A stretch of DNA of 64,000 nucleotides from Nitrosopumilus sp. (GCA_965207075.1 CBDBLO010000002.1:1920001-1984000); one strand, 5' to 3'. Counted from the stretch's first letter, positions 9,989-20,684 are shown. The notes: generated by a model from the sequence alone, not told the origin. A program made the numbers and translations.

Positions 9989-11686
9989 ATGTTTTTGGAA
10001 CGGATTGACATAGCTTGGTTCAGGGGGATTCGGCAATTGAGCATAAGGCTAGATCAGACTACCGTCTTGATCGGCGAGAACAACACCGGAAAGTCAACAA
10101 TCTTGGATGCCGTACAGCTAGCTTTGGGCGGTACTGCTACCAACGAAAGGATCAGGTTTACAAAATACGATCACTACCTTGCTGCAAGCGACAGTCACGC
10201 ATCAGATAGTGACCCAATTGAGATAGTCCTACATTTTTCTGAACAAATCGATAAAGAATGGCCGGATAACGTAATTCAGAAACTAGGTGACGTAATTCAA
10301 CAGGATGATATCACTGATCGGCATAGTGTGACACTGCGCGTGCGAAGCAAATACGATGCTACCACGGATGACTCCGTTCCAGAGTGGGATTTTCTGAACT
10401 TAAACAAAGAATCACTAGGTAAACACACGTTTCGCTACAAAAAAACATTACAGTCACTGGTTCCAGTCTTTTCCCTAAAGTCAAAACGCGATTCTGATCG
10501 TGCGTTCAAGCCAAACTCCACATTCTGGGGCCCATTTGTACGCGCAGTGTCGATGGATCCAGGCTTGCTGCAGAGTTTGGAGCACGAACTGGCCAGTCTT
10601 AACCAGAGAATCATCAAGGCCCACAAGTCTTTTTCCGCGGTCAAGGAATCTCTTCAAGATATTACCAAGCTGGTTCCACTTGCAAGTTCTGATCCTGTAA
10701 GCATAGCAGCGCTTCCAAGTAAAGTACTCGACATCTTGTCCCAAACGAGGGTGTCTCTTTCGTCGATTACCGGCGCGAAGATTCCGGTTGAAAAACATGG
10801 TGAGGGGACGCAAAGCTTAGCGACAATTTGCCTGTTTGTGGCGTTTCTCAAAAACAAGATTGATGGGCAAGACTCTGATCTTGTATCTGCTATTCTTACC
10901 CTTGAAGAACCAGAGGCGCATCTTCATCCTTCTGCAATCCACTCTGTCACCAACTTGCTTGAAAGCCAGTATGGGCAGAACATAATCGCTACTCACTCTG
11001 GTGATCTTGTCTCAAGTGTTGAAATATCTGCTCTGCGGTGCCTTCGCCGCAAGGACGGAGAGGTTGCTGTCTATCCGGTTGATAGGAATACCTTTAGTCC
11101 CAAAGACAGGAGCACAATTGACCACCACATCCGGATGGCTCGTGGAAATATGCTCTTCGCACGGTGCTGGTTGCTAGTGGAGGGAAAAACCGAGAGTCTA
11201 GTTTTTGAACGATGCGCTGCCATTTGTGGAATAGACCTAGCTCGTGAAGGAGTATACTGTGTCGAATATCCTCACATAAGCAGCCCTCGGACACTGATCA
11301 AGTTTGCCAAACAAATTGGGATCGAATGGTTCGTTGTTGCAGATGGTGATGATGCAGGCAACGGATACGTCCAAAGCGCAGAAGGTGAGCTCCACGGTGA
11401 GGACAAAGAGAAGCGCATATGCCAGCTGAAATACACTTTTGATGTCATGCTTTGCATGGAAGGCTACGGTCACCATTATGAGCGACACGTCTCCAGTGAC
11501 ACCGACAACCAAACATTCACAAAAGACGCGGCATACTGGAAGGCTGTAGTTGGCAAGAAAAGTCAGTTAAAAACTGCGGCGGCGTCCTCGGCTGTTGAAG
11601 AGATGTGTGAAACGGGCAAAGACAGTGTTCCAGAGATCATATCACGAATCATCACCACGTCGATTCAGCTTGCTAGAGGGGCGTAA
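9989..11686 (+). CDS. OLD-family ATP-dependent endonuclease (ABC ATPase + TOPRIM; GajA/YbjD-like)
   Basis: FRGI, GENNTGKS, HGEGTQS, LEEPEAHLHP, THS, LVEGKTE and DGD. ATG at 9989 is preferred over the GTG at 9956. Confidence 0.85.
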   Translation: MFLERIDIAWFRGIRQLSIRLDQTTVLIGENNTGKSTILDAVQLALGGTATNERIRFTKYDHYLAASDSHASDSDPIEIVLHFSEQIDKEWPDNVIQKLGDVIQQDDITDRHSVTLRVRSKYDATTDDSVPEWDFLNLNKESLGKHTFRYKKTLQSLVPVFSLKSKRDSDRAFKPNSTFWGPFVRAVSMDPGLLQSLEHELASLNQRIIKAHKSFSAVKESLQDITKLVPLASSDPVSIAALPSKVLDILSQTRVSLSSITGAKIPVEKHGEGTQSLATICLFVAFLKNKIDGQDSDLVSAILTLEEPEAHLHPSAIHSVTNLLESQYGQNIIATHSGDLVSSVEISALRCLRRKDGEVAVYPVDRNTFSPKDRSTIDHHIRMARGNMLFARCWLLVEGKTESLVFERCAAICGIDLAREGVYCVEYPHISSPRTLIKFAKQIGIEWFVVADGDDAGNGYVQSAEGELHGEDKEKRICQLKYTFDVMLCMEGYGHHYERHVSSDTDNQTFTKDAAYWKAVVGKKSQLKTAAASSAVEEMCETGKDSVPEIISRIITTSIQLARGA

Positions 11687-11689
11687 GTC

Positions 11690-13588
11690 ATGGTGGACGT
11701 GTCATCACTGAATGCCAACCAGCTCAGGGCGGTCAATTGGGAGGAAGGACCCCTCTTGGTTCTTGCTGGACCTGGTTCGGGCAAGACCCGCGTTCTCGCC
11801 TACCGCATAGCGCGCCTTATGGAAGAATCTGTGGGACAGAGTTTTCGCATTCTGGGACTAACGTTTGCCAACAAAGCTGCCATGGCAATGCAAGAACGCG
11901 TCAGAGGCTTGGTTCCAAACTCGGATGAGCGGGTTCATCTTACTACATTTCACGCGTTCAGTACCGCCGTCCTGCGCCAACACGGCCACCACTTGGGTAT
12001 TCGTCCCGACTTTGCCATACTGTCACAGAAGGCAGACCGCCTAGCCGTCTTGAATAATGCCATGTCAAGAGCTGGAATGGAGCACTCGGTGAATCATGCC
12101 GACGAACACATGCTGTCTCTTGTAGCAAGAATGACAAAGAAAAACATTCCAATCGATACGAACGTTGAGTTTTTTCAAGGAGATTCCCACTACAGCGCGC
12201 AGCAGATTAAAGATGTTTACGTGCATTATCGGCAACTGATGATTGAAAACAGCGAGCTAGATTTTGATGCGCTGATAGCCGAAGCTCTGAGACTGCTCTC
12301 GAAGCCGGGCAAGGCAAACTTGATCAGGCGCATATACCCGTATATATGCGTGGATGAATTCCAAGACACCACCTTGGCGCAGTATGGTATATTGTGTAAA
12401 ATAGTTAATCCAGCCACAAAAAATCTGTTTGTTGTGGCCGACAATAACCAGACAATCTATGAGTGGCAAGGCGCCAGCTTAATGGGAATTAAATCCCTTC
12501 AGGAGGACTTTGATACAAAAATTCTCGAACTTCCAGAGAACTATCGATGCCCATCAGGAGTGGTCGAGATGGCCAACATGCTCATCGCGCACAATTCCCA
12601 CCGCATGGTGAATTCAGTTTCAAGCAAATCAGATGGCCCAGATCACATCATCCGAGTCAGAGCGTTTGATACGGCCGAAGAGGAGGCAGATTGGATTGCA
12701 AAAGATATAGCGGAGAGGCACACAGGTTCCAAGGATGGCCACGCCGTCCTTGCTAGAACGCACAAGGCTCTGGAACAAGTTGCCGTCGCGTTGAACAAGT
12801 ACGGCCTACATGGGCATTTATCCACAAACAAAAAAGAATTTACAAATGAGCGAATGGTGTGGCTGCATTCCATTCTGAGACTGGCAAACTCGAGACAGAG
12901 TGGCATCCAGCTACACAGAGTCTGCAAGTGGTTTTATACACTTGAAGGCGTAAATTTGATCATGAGTGATGTACTATCTGAAGCTGTAATAATTAAAGGG
13001 GACTATCTTCGTGCATGGGTGCGAGTGGCGCTACAAAAGGATCTAGATTCGACCACAAGAATGTTTTTGCAGACATCGATGCCCAAACTGGCTGACAATC
13101 TAGATGTTCAAAATTTTGTACAAGATTGCTTCGAATGGTTTGAGCGTAGACAGGAAGCTAATCCAGATCCTGACTATGAGACCGATTACAAAGAAGAGAG
13201 AGACATCTGGGATGCACTAGTACATGAAGCCGTAGGTAATATTGGACGCGAGCAGGTGACATTAAGCGCATTGTTGCAACATATTGATCTCTGTCCTAAA
13301 GCGCCACCGATGCCGGCGGGAGCTATACCCTGTTACACAATACATGCTTCTAAGGGTATGGAATTTAATCATGTATACCTGATCCGATTGGCCGAAGACG
13401 AACTACCCAGCTGGCAGGCTGTTAAAGAAGGAGACGAAAGCAATCAAATGCAAGAGGAGAGGAGAGTTTGTTTTGTTGCTATCACTCGTACACACAAGAG
13501 TCTGACGCTTACTTACCCGCTTAGTATATCCGATCGTGAAAGAAAACCATCTCGGTTTCTATCGGAGATGGGCATAGGACAATCTTAA
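11690..13588 (+). CDS. UvrD/PcrA-like SF1 helicase (GajB-like)
   Basis: AGPGSGKT, TFHAF, VDEFQD, ENYRC, TIHASKGMEF and EERRVCFVAITR. Starts 3 nt after the OLD gene. Confidence 0.88.
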   Translation: MVDVSSLNANQLRAVNWEEGPLLVLAGPGSGKTRVLAYRIARLMEESVGQSFRILGLTFANKAAMAMQERVRGLVPNSDERVHLTTFHAFSTAVLRQHGHHLGIRPDFAILSQKADRLAVLNNAMSRAGMEHSVNHADEHMLSLVARMTKKNIPIDTNVEFFQGDSHYSAQQIKDVYVHYRQLMIENSELDFDALIAEALRLLSKPGKANLIRRIYPYICVDEFQDTTLAQYGILCKIVNPATKNLFVVADNNQTIYEWQGASLMGIKSLQEDFDTKILELPENYRCPSGVVEMANMLIAHNSHRMVNSVSSKSDGPDHIIRVRAFDTAEEEADWIAKDIAERHTGSKDGHAVLARTHKALEQVAVALNKYGLHGHLSTNKKEFTNERMVWLHSILRLANSRQSGIQLHRVCKWFYTLEGVNLIMSDVLSEAVIIKGDYLRAWVRVALQKDLDSTTRMFLQTSMPKLADNLDVQNFVQDCFEWFERRQEANPDPDYETDYKEERDIWDALVHEAVGNIGREQVTLSALLQHIDLCPKAPPMPAGAIPCYTIHASKGMEFNHVYLIRLAEDELPSWQAVKEGDESNQMQEERRVCFVAITRTHKSLTLTYPLSISDRERKPSRFLSEMGIGQS

Positions 13589-13718
13589 GTGCCATTCTCC
13601 CTCATGCCACAATTCTCCGAATAGGAAAGCCATTCAAAGTTGGTAGTACTACCTTATGAATCAGGTGTCGTGTCTGGAAAGGAATGGATTTGACGCGATT
13701 ATGTAGAACGAACCATCT

Positions 13719-13922
13719 TCACATGTGGTATCGTGCCTGACTATAAGTATTGGGCATCGGGAGGAGGAGAGGGACAGGCACGCATCCAGTACATCGGAAG
13801 CTGCAAGAGATCGCTGTCCACGAGCCGCTTGCAAGAAACAGCACGGTGGCCTGCGGGCCGAACGTTTGAATGACCATACGAATCTTCTCGTCCGTACTCC
13901 ATCGGGTTTTCCTGCCTGTCAT
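13719..13922 (-). pseudogene. Transposase N-terminal (IS3 orfA-like HTH) remnant
   Basis: MTGRKTRWSTDEKIRMVIQTF resembles IS3-type OrfA starts; similarity ends after ~28 codons. Confidence 0.45.
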
Positions 13923-14123
13923 GCCCCCATGTGCTAAAGTGTGCATCGCTGATCAGTCCTATTCTAGCGGGGCCCCCACCAAGTGGTCTGCAAGCGCGGC
14001 CCTTGCCTGCCGCTCAAACTCTGCATAGGCCGTCATGCCTTGCCTGACGGGTATAGAGTTATCAGCGTTGTGGTTTCGGAACCGTCCAGTTCGTACATAT
14101 TTCACGAATTTACAACGGATCAT

Positions 14124-14489
14124 TCAACACACGCCCAAAATGGGGTCCAGTACCGAGTAAAGCCATCCAAGTGCAAGCAATCCAATCAATGCAGCGGTAA
14201 GAAGCCAACCGACATTCCGTACATACGTTGCAGGCCCTGGCGACTTGTTGCGATATATACCGTAGACTACTAGTCCTACAATCATAGGCATCAGCATAAG
14301 TATCCAGAGGCCAAAGTTTGCCCAGTTAGTGCTTAGGTATATTATGACAGTGAAGGGAAACTCCGTACAATCGAACATAACATCACCTATCTTCAGTTCC
14401 AAGTATAAAATGCATAGCTTTACTCGATTCCCTCCCAAGAGTTCGAAATACATCTTGCAAACCCGATCATGCACAAAGTGAATGTTCAA
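14124..14489 (-). CDS. Small hypothetical membrane protein (true start probably further downstream)
   Basis: Two or three hydrophobic segments (GLWILMLMPMIVGLVVYGIY; VGWLLTAALIGLLALGWLY). Confidence 0.45.
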   Translation of the reverse strand: MNIHFVHDRVCKMYFELLGGNRVKLCILYLELKIGDVMFDCTEFPFTVIIYLSTNWANFGLWILMLMPMIVGLVVYGIYRNKSPGPATYVRNVGWLLTAALIGLLALGWLYSVLDPILGVC

Positions 14490-14647
14490 GTAGTTACAGC
14501 TTAATGCTCCTGTTGTATACCTTGCAGAAATATCCCTTCAACACAGTGAACTCAAGTATTACCCCGGAATTACGGATCGAAGCATTAATTAATAGTACTA
14601 CCGTACTATAACTAAGAGCTTAAAATTAGTACCGTATTGGGACGGTT

Positions 14648-14792
14648 CCCTTTAGACCCGCAATCATCCTTTGCGAGTCGATTTCAGCTCGAATTTTGCC
14701 CTCCGGATTCGTGCCTGTCAACATGCAGATTCGGGGCAAAGTGAGATTTAACCCTGCTGGTTGAGTTCGAGTTACTTCCAACTCAAACTCTC
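14648..14792. repeat. ~145-bp integrase-5'/att-like repeat, copy 1
   Basis: Aligns with 31765-31908 (CCCTTTAGACCCGC core; CAGATTCGGGGCAAAGTGAGATTTAACC; TGCTGGTTGAGTTCGAGTTACTT). Confidence 0.85.
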
Positions 14793-15023
14793 CAAAGCAC
14801 AGATTACCAGCGATACGAGCACCAAGCGTACGGAGCCACAATGCAGAACTCAGGGCCGTCGTAGGACCCGCAATCATAACAGGTAACCGTTTGACCCCCC
14901 ACCCACCCACTCCCCGAATCTAGATACAAGTTATGCCATACGTATCCGGATACAAGCAGAGCGATAAACGGTTACACCACATTCAACAGAGTATTTTTAA
15001 CAGTAGTGCAGATCTCGTGATCA

Positions 15024-18000
15024 TTGGATATACGACACGTTGTGTTGATGCCCATTGCCTGCGCCTTGGTCTTCTCCCTAGCCAATTATGCAGAGGCACA
15101 AACATACACCGGGGTCTTGGTGCTTGATCCAATTGCCTCCAAGATCAATACGGGAAGCACCGTGATCTTTTCCGGACAGCTAAGTACCACTTCGGGGCAC
15201 GCCATACAGGACGCAACGATCTACATCAAAGACGACGTGAGCTTTGGACGGGATGATGTTATTGGGACGCTTACGACCGACGACAACGGCGAATTCTATG
15301 GTACGTGGACCGCACAGCCACGCAGTAGCGGAGCATGGGACTTTTACGCCGAATACGAGGGCAGCTCACAAGTCACAGAGGCTCGTAGCGCAACCTACAG
15401 CGTCCAAATCTCCTCTTCCGGCTCCACGCATGTGACTCTTGACAGAATTCCCTCGTCAGTTTACGCAGGAGACTCCGTCACTTTCACCGGCACGCTTACG
15501 AGCGGCGGCTCCCCGCTATCCGGAAGGACCGTCTGGATATACGAGGACGACTTCGGGCCGGACGACCCCTTGGCGAGCGGGACGACCGACAACGCGGGAA
15601 GGTTCTCCATAAAATGGACGGCCAATGCCGGCACCGTGAATACCGGCTCTGAAGAAATCTACGCCAAATTCTTCGGAGACGGACAACACTCGGGCGACGA
15701 AAGCCCTAGGCAGACTACGAGCGTCTACGACAAGCGCGGCAGCTCCCTGACGTTGGATCCGATACCGAACCGGGTATACGCCGGCGATACGGTCACCTTC
15801 ACCGGCACGCTTACGGGCGGCGGCTCCCCGTTATCCGGAAGGACCGTCGCGATATACGACGACGACACGCTCAGACCCGACGATTACTTGGCGCGCGGGA
15901 CGACCGACAATGCCGGAAGGTTCTCCATAGACTGGAAGGTCGAGGCGGGTACCGTGGAGATCGAATTTGACATCTACGCCGAATTCGACGGGGACGGGAA
16001 ATACTCCGACGACCAGAGCCGCAGGCAACCCATGAATGTCTACAAGCGCGGCGGCTCCCTGACGTTGGATCCGATACAGACCTCGGCCGCGCTCGGCGAG
16101 GCGATTCCGCTCTCCGGCACGCTGATGCTGGACGGCCGCAGTCCGGAAGGGTCCATCGTCTACATCAAGGACGACGACACGCTGGGATTTGACGACCTGC
16201 TCGCCACCGCATACGTAGATTCGTCAGGACGCTTTGCGACATACTGGATAGTGGAGGATGTGGATACTTTTGACTATACGATCGAGATACAAGCCGTCTT
16301 TGAGGGAGACGACCTGTACCGCAGGCTGGCAACCCCCATTGAGGAGCTGGACATCGACCCGCTGGCACCGGCCCCAGGCCCCACCGACCCGCTGGCACCG
16401 GCCCCAGGCCCCACCGAAGGCGAAGGTTACATGGAACTCTACTACTCGCTGGACTTTGAACGGGCCCCTCGCATGCTGATAGTGCCCAGCCCATACTCGT
16501 ATGATGAAGTAAGGGAGTACATCTACCCTGTCCGAGAGGGCATACAGCTGCTCACCAGTATGTTGGAGCAGGAGTACGGCGACGGGAACTGGAACGTAGG
16601 GGTCGAGGTGGTAGCGCCGGGGGAACGTACGACCCACAAGCCCGATATCATAGTCAATGTGGTTACAAGTGACGACGACTATGAGTGCCGTGACACTGTG
16701 TTGGGTTACGCTCTCCTCACTGGCCATAAACCTGTGCAGGCCGCCGTCTGCTACAAAGACGGCCGGACCAACAAGGACGTTGAGGCAACGGCCGTACACG
16801 AGTTCATACACGCCGTCGGTGTGGGGCACACGTTCAACATAAGAGGGGACAGGATGTGTAGCGTGGAGGATGGTGTTCCCACCTGCCCCGACTTGAGATC
16901 TAGATCCAAAACGCCCTCGGGCCTCAACCTTGCCGCCATCGTGGCCATATATGGGACGGACGGATTTCAAAACCCGAACAATAACCACGTCAGTTGGGGA
17001 GAAAAGCTAACCGTGGCCGACTACCGAAGCAACAAGCACCTAAGCTCATTGCAGAACCAAAACTCTCCGGCAGCCGTTACCGGGTTTGATGCTACCCCCA
17101 CCGCGCCGATCGGCGCACCGATGCCTCCGCTTGAGAGGGTTTTTGTCCCGGACCTGTGGATAATGGACGTCTCCGGAAACGCCCTTGACACCATATCCAC
17201 GAACCAACAGGTACAGATCGCGTCTGGCCTGACCAATCGTCAGGACCGCACGCAGACGTTCGTCTACCTTGTCCAGATCTCGGACTCCGACGGAATCACC
17301 ATGGCCCTAGCAGGGATCTCTGGCACGCTAGAAGCTGGGCAGACGCTCCGTCCCTCGGTATCATGGGTACCTACCGAAGCAGGCACGTATAGCGCCACGG
17401 CGTTCGTGTGGGAGTCGGCCGACAATCCGGCCGCGCTGTCACCGCCTGTAACATCCACCGTCATTGTAACTTTCCCTCCGCTGACGACTGAACCGCCTGT
17501 AACATCAGATCCGCCAGCTCCACGAGGACCAGAACCAAATCAAGACGTGCCACGGACACCAACAGATACAATAGAGCCAATGCCGGGCTCATCAACTGTG
17601 GGATGCGAGGCAACCATTGAGGGTTGCTCAATACCCGGGATATTGACCGTGGATCCTGGAACCGCCATAACATTCATGAACACCGACGATGCGGCCCACA
17701 CGCTTACTGCCGGTACAGCGATAGACGGACTCAGCGGTACGTTTGACAGTGGGCTTGTTATGCCGGGCGGGTCATACACATTCAGCCTTGACTCCTCAGG
17801 TACATACGATTGGTACTGTCTAGTGCATCCTTGGCGCACGGGACAGATCATAGTAGGAGATCCGCCAGCTCCACGAGGACCAGAACCAAATCAAGACGTG
17901 CCACGGACACCAACAGATACAATAGAGCCAATGCCGGGCTCATCAACTGTGGGATGCGAGGCAACCATTGAGGGTTGCTCAATACCCGGGATATTGACCG

Positions 18001-18563
18001 TGGATCCTGGAACCGCCATAACATTCATGAACACCGACGATGCGGCCCACACGCTTACTGCCGGTACAGCGATAGACGGACTCAGCGGTACGTTTGACAG
18101 TGGGCTTGTTATGCCGGGCGGGTCATACACATTCAGCCTTGACTCCTCAGGTACATACGATTGGTACTGTCTAGTGCATCCTTGGCGCACGGGACAGATC
18201 ATAGTAGGAGATCCGCCAGCTCCACGAGGACCAGAACCAAATCAAGACGTGCCACGGACACCAACAGATACAATAGAGCCAATGCCGGGCTCATCAACTG
18301 TGGGATGCGAGGCAACCATTGAGGGTTGCTCAATACCCGGGATATTGACCGTGGATCCTGGAACCGCCATAACATTCATGAACACCGACGATGCGGCCCA
18401 CACGCTTACTGCCGGTACAGCGATAGACGGACTCAGCGGTACGTTTGACAGTGGGCTTGTTATGCCGGGCGGGTCATACACATTCAGCCTTGACTCCTCA
18501 GGTACATACGATTGGTACTGTCTAGTGCATCCTTGGCGCACGGGACAGATCATAGTGGAATAG
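15024..18563 (+). CDS. Large secreted/surface protein: Ig-like repeats, metzincin metalloprotease domain and three cupredoxin (plastocyanin-like) domains
   Basis: Signal peptide, repeated VTFTGTL..G.PL / TTD..GRF motifs, HEFIHAVGVGH zinc motif, and three copies of AAHTLT...YCLVHPW. Confidence 0.85.
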   Translation: MDIRHVVLMPIACALVFSLANYAEAQTYTGVLVLDPIASKINTGSTVIFSGQLSTTSGHAIQDATIYIKDDVSFGRDDVIGTLTTDDNGEFYGTWTAQPRSSGAWDFYAEYEGSSQVTEARSATYSVQISSSGSTHVTLDRIPSSVYAGDSVTFTGTLTSGGSPLSGRTVWIYEDDFGPDDPLASGTTDNAGRFSIKWTANAGTVNTGSEEIYAKFFGDGQHSGDESPRQTTSVYDKRGSSLTLDPIPNRVYAGDTVTFTGTLTGGGSPLSGRTVAIYDDDTLRPDDYLARGTTDNAGRFSIDWKVEAGTVEIEFDIYAEFDGDGKYSDDQSRRQPMNVYKRGGSLTLDPIQTSAALGEAIPLSGTLMLDGRSPEGSIVYIKDDDTLGFDDLLATAYVDSSGRFATYWIVEDVDTFDYTIEIQAVFEGDDLYRRLATPIEELDIDPLAPAPGPTDPLAPAPGPTEGEGYMELYYSLDFERAPRMLIVPSPYSYDEVREYIYPVREGIQLLTSMLEQEYGDGNWNVGVEVVAPGERTTHKPDIIVNVVTSDDDYECRDTVLGYALLTGHKPVQAAVCYKDGRTNKDVEATAVHEFIHAVGVGHTFNIRGDRMCSVEDGVPTCPDLRSRSKTPSGLNLAAIVAIYGTDGFQNPNNNHVSWGEKLTVADYRSNKHLSSLQNQNSPAAVTGFDATPTAPIGAPMPPLERVFVPDLWIMDVSGNALDTISTNQQVQIASGLTNRQDRTQTFVYLVQISDSDGITMALAGISGTLEAGQTLRPSVSWVPTEAGTYSATAFVWESADNPAALSPPVTSTVIVTFPPLTTEPPVTSDPPAPRGPEPNQDVPRTPTDTIEPMPGSSTVGCEATIEGCSIPGILTVDPGTAITFMNTDDAAHTLTAGTAIDGLSGTFDSGLVMPGGSYTFSLDSSGTYDWYCLVHPWRTGQIIVGDPPAPRGPEPNQDVPRTPTDTIEPMPGSSTVGCEATIEGCSIPGILTVDPGTAITFMNTDDAAHTLTAGTAIDGLSGTFDSGLVMPGGSYTFSLDSSGTYDWYCLVHPWRTGQIIVGDPPAPRGPEPNQDVPRTPTDTIEPMPGSSTVGCEATIEGCSIPGILTVDPGTAITFMNTDDAAHTLTAGTAIDGLSGTFDSGLVMPGGSYTFSLDSSGTYDWYCLVHPWRTGQIIVE
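17507..18556 (+). repeat. Three identical 351-bp tandem repeats (cupredoxin domain plus linker)
   Basis: Units start at 17507, 17858 and 18209; translations are identical. Confidence 0.95.
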
Positions 18564-18564
18564 T

Positions 18565-18673
18565 TTTGACTCGAACTTTAGCGTCCAAACTCGTGCCTGC
18601 CAACATGCAGGTTCAAGAGCAAATGGAGTTTAATCCTGCTGGTTGGGATCGAGATACTTCCGATTCGAACTCT
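18565..18673. repeat. Integrase-5'/att-like repeat, copy 2 (diverged, lacks core)
   Basis: TCGTGCCTGCCAACATGCAGGTTC...TTTAATCCTGCTGGTTG...TACTTCCGATTCGAACTCT matches copies 1 and 3. Confidence 0.7.
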
Positions 18674-18707
18674 GCAAGAAGTGGATTGAGACGTCAGATA
18701 CGCTAGC

Positions 18708-19805
18708 TATAGTGACGATCAAAAGTTTTTGCTGGGCAGAGACGTTCTATTGATGAATTTCATTGCATCGAGTTTGGGGCGCGCCGTCCTAAAATACTCT
18801 GACAAGGCACGGCGCATATGCACCACCGTCGAGTAATATTCGCTGACCAGCAGATCACGCTTTGACTGGTGCCAGTACTCCTCGACCACGCTGAGTTCCG
18901 GCGTCGCCTTGGGAAGCCATATGATCCTCGCGTTTGGCTCCCCCTCCAGGTATTCCCGTACGATTCTGGCCTTGTGCTGCGGCGCATTGTCCATGATTAC
19001 CGCGGTCCTGCCAAAGTGGCCGACCAGCGCCTTCAGGTACTTCAGGAACGTCTCCTTGTCGAATCCCTTGTACGTCCTGACAAACTGCCTGCCGTCCGTC
19101 GTGAGCGCGCCGTACGCCACTACCCTGTCGTGGCTTCCATTGTATGCGGTTATGACGGGGACGCCCCTCGGCGACCAGTATTTCACGCCGCTTCCCGGGT
19201 CGTTGATGAATATGGACTCGTCAACGACCGCGGTGACAAATCCCCGCGATTTCAGGTACGCGATCCGCCTTTTTGTGTCCCGCTGCCACTCCCTGATCTC
19301 CTCCATCTCCGCCCGGTTGACGTGCACCGCCTGGGACGTCTTGGCCGACATGCCGAGCCTGTGCATTATCTTCCTGACGTTTGTTATGTGGTACTCCACC
19401 CCGTGCCTTTCGCGTATGGCATTCTTGAGCACCCTTGGCGTCGTGATGCCGCCTCCTCCCGCAACGATCTTCCTGATCCTCTTCATCGCCACCTTTGGAG
19501 GCCTGCCCGAACGGGGCCTGTCCTTCAGGCCTGCAAGGCCGTCCTTGTCAAAGCGCCGAACCCAGCTGGAGACGGTGCGCGCGTCGCAGTAGCACAGCGA
19601 GGCGACCTCGGATGCCTTCAATCCGTTGATCTTGACCATGCAGACTGCGTGGATCCTATTTCCTATGAGGTGGTCTTTTTCTGCCTTGTAGGCCCGAATG
19701 AGCAGGTCCCTGTCTTTCTCATCCATGCCGGGCGATGTGTTCGGTGATCAAAAAAGGTTGCGCACACAGTTCTGACAGCCGCGAAGACTTTTGCGTCACA
19801 CTATA
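18708..19805 (-). mobile_element. IS630-family insertion sequence
   Basis: Imperfect terminal IRs CTATAGTGACGATCAAAAG / CTTTTGCGTCACACTATAG with TA ends, enclosing an intact transposase. Confidence 0.85.
18719..19726 (-). CDS. IS630-family DDE transposase
   Basis: HTH plus RPRSGRPPK; VVDES, IMDNAPQH and PELSVVEEYW. Confidence 0.92.
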   Translation of the reverse strand: MDEKDRDLLIRAYKAEKDHLIGNRIHAVCMVKINGLKASEVASLCYCDARTVSSWVRRFDKDGLAGLKDRPRSGRPPKVAMKRIRKIVAGGGGITTPRVLKNAIRERHGVEYHITNVRKIMHRLGMSAKTSQAVHVNRAEMEEIREWQRDTKRRIAYLKSRGFVTAVVDESIFINDPGSGVKYWSPRGVPVITAYNGSHDRVVAYGALTTDGRQFVRTYKGFDKETFLKYLKALVGHFGRTAVIMDNAPQHKARIVREYLEGEPNARIIWLPKATPELSVVEEYWHQSKRDLLVSEYYSTVVHMRRALSEYFRTARPKLDAMKFINRTSLPSKNF

Positions 19806-20265
19806 GACTACGACAGGATGAGGCTTGTGGGTGCCATGTTCATCACCCCGCCGTAAAATAGCAGGTCAAGTGACGGCCTTGACAGTCATACGTAACGTGT
19901 TGACGTCATCTCCCACACGCCGACACCTGAGACCCGTCCATGTCTCATGAGCAATGAAAAAGCTGGCGCGAAGAGCCCCAAGAACAGTTTCCATGTCCAG
20001 CGAACAATCGGCAATCCAGCCGTCCCGGGGCGAGGAAGCACAGGGCCAGGAACCGACAGATGACCGGTTCACACCAAAGAGATGCTTCGGATCATCCATA
20101 AAGCGTGAACTAAGAGAAGAAAGGATGGTGCCCGAGCGTATTCTCGATTTGCCCTTCTGAAGGGTACCGCGACTATGATGGGAAATTAGCCCGTCAAAGC
20201 ACTGCTGGGTTCTCTTCGCTTGGCGGGGGTGCTCTCCTGTGGGAAGGGCGTATTCGTGTACTCGC

Positions 20266-20289
20266 GGTTCAAATCCTACCCTCGGCGCC
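20266..20289 (+). other. tRNA 3'-end fragment (probable att direct repeat)
   Basis: GGTTCAAATCCTACCCTCGGCGCC reads as T-loop, 3' T-stem, acceptor strand and G discriminator; no tRNA 5' half upstream. Confidence 0.7.
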
Positions 20290-20684
20290 GCGTTCCACCA
20301 CCGGCTCTGATATTTTCCGAACCAGATCTGTCGTCACTCGATACATGACAGCCAAACCTCCTTGCCGATCCCATCATGACCCGGCCGGCCGTACGGTCTG
20401 GATCCTTGGGAGCGCACGGGTTGGCTCCGGACGAGACCCAAGGGAGCGCGGGTCGCTAGACTGAACACGCCGGATCGGACAATGCCCGCGTGAATGTCGT
20501 TGTTGCGCCCGTGAGTGGCCGGGGGGAGTGGGGAGAACGGGAGGCCGAAAAATCAGAGCCTCGTAGTTTTTCGCGCATGATCATGTGGATGTTGCCTATG
20601 CTGCCGGTTCCGATACCGTGGCCCCCAAAGGTCTTTCTGGATGCCGTCGCCAAGGCCAAGGCTCGTCGCGGAGGCCGATGCGGG

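Noticed and set aside
18869-19747. Long antisense ORFs over transposases, ATPases, argH, sdh and infB (e.g. 18869..19747, 21654..22904, 33238..34455, 48134..49012)
   Set aside because: Shadow ORFs typical of GC-rich DNA, opposite genes with clear motifs.
20190-20292. Complete tRNA gene
   Set aside because: Only the 3' 24 nt fit; no matching acceptor 5' strand, D arm or anticodon arm is visible.
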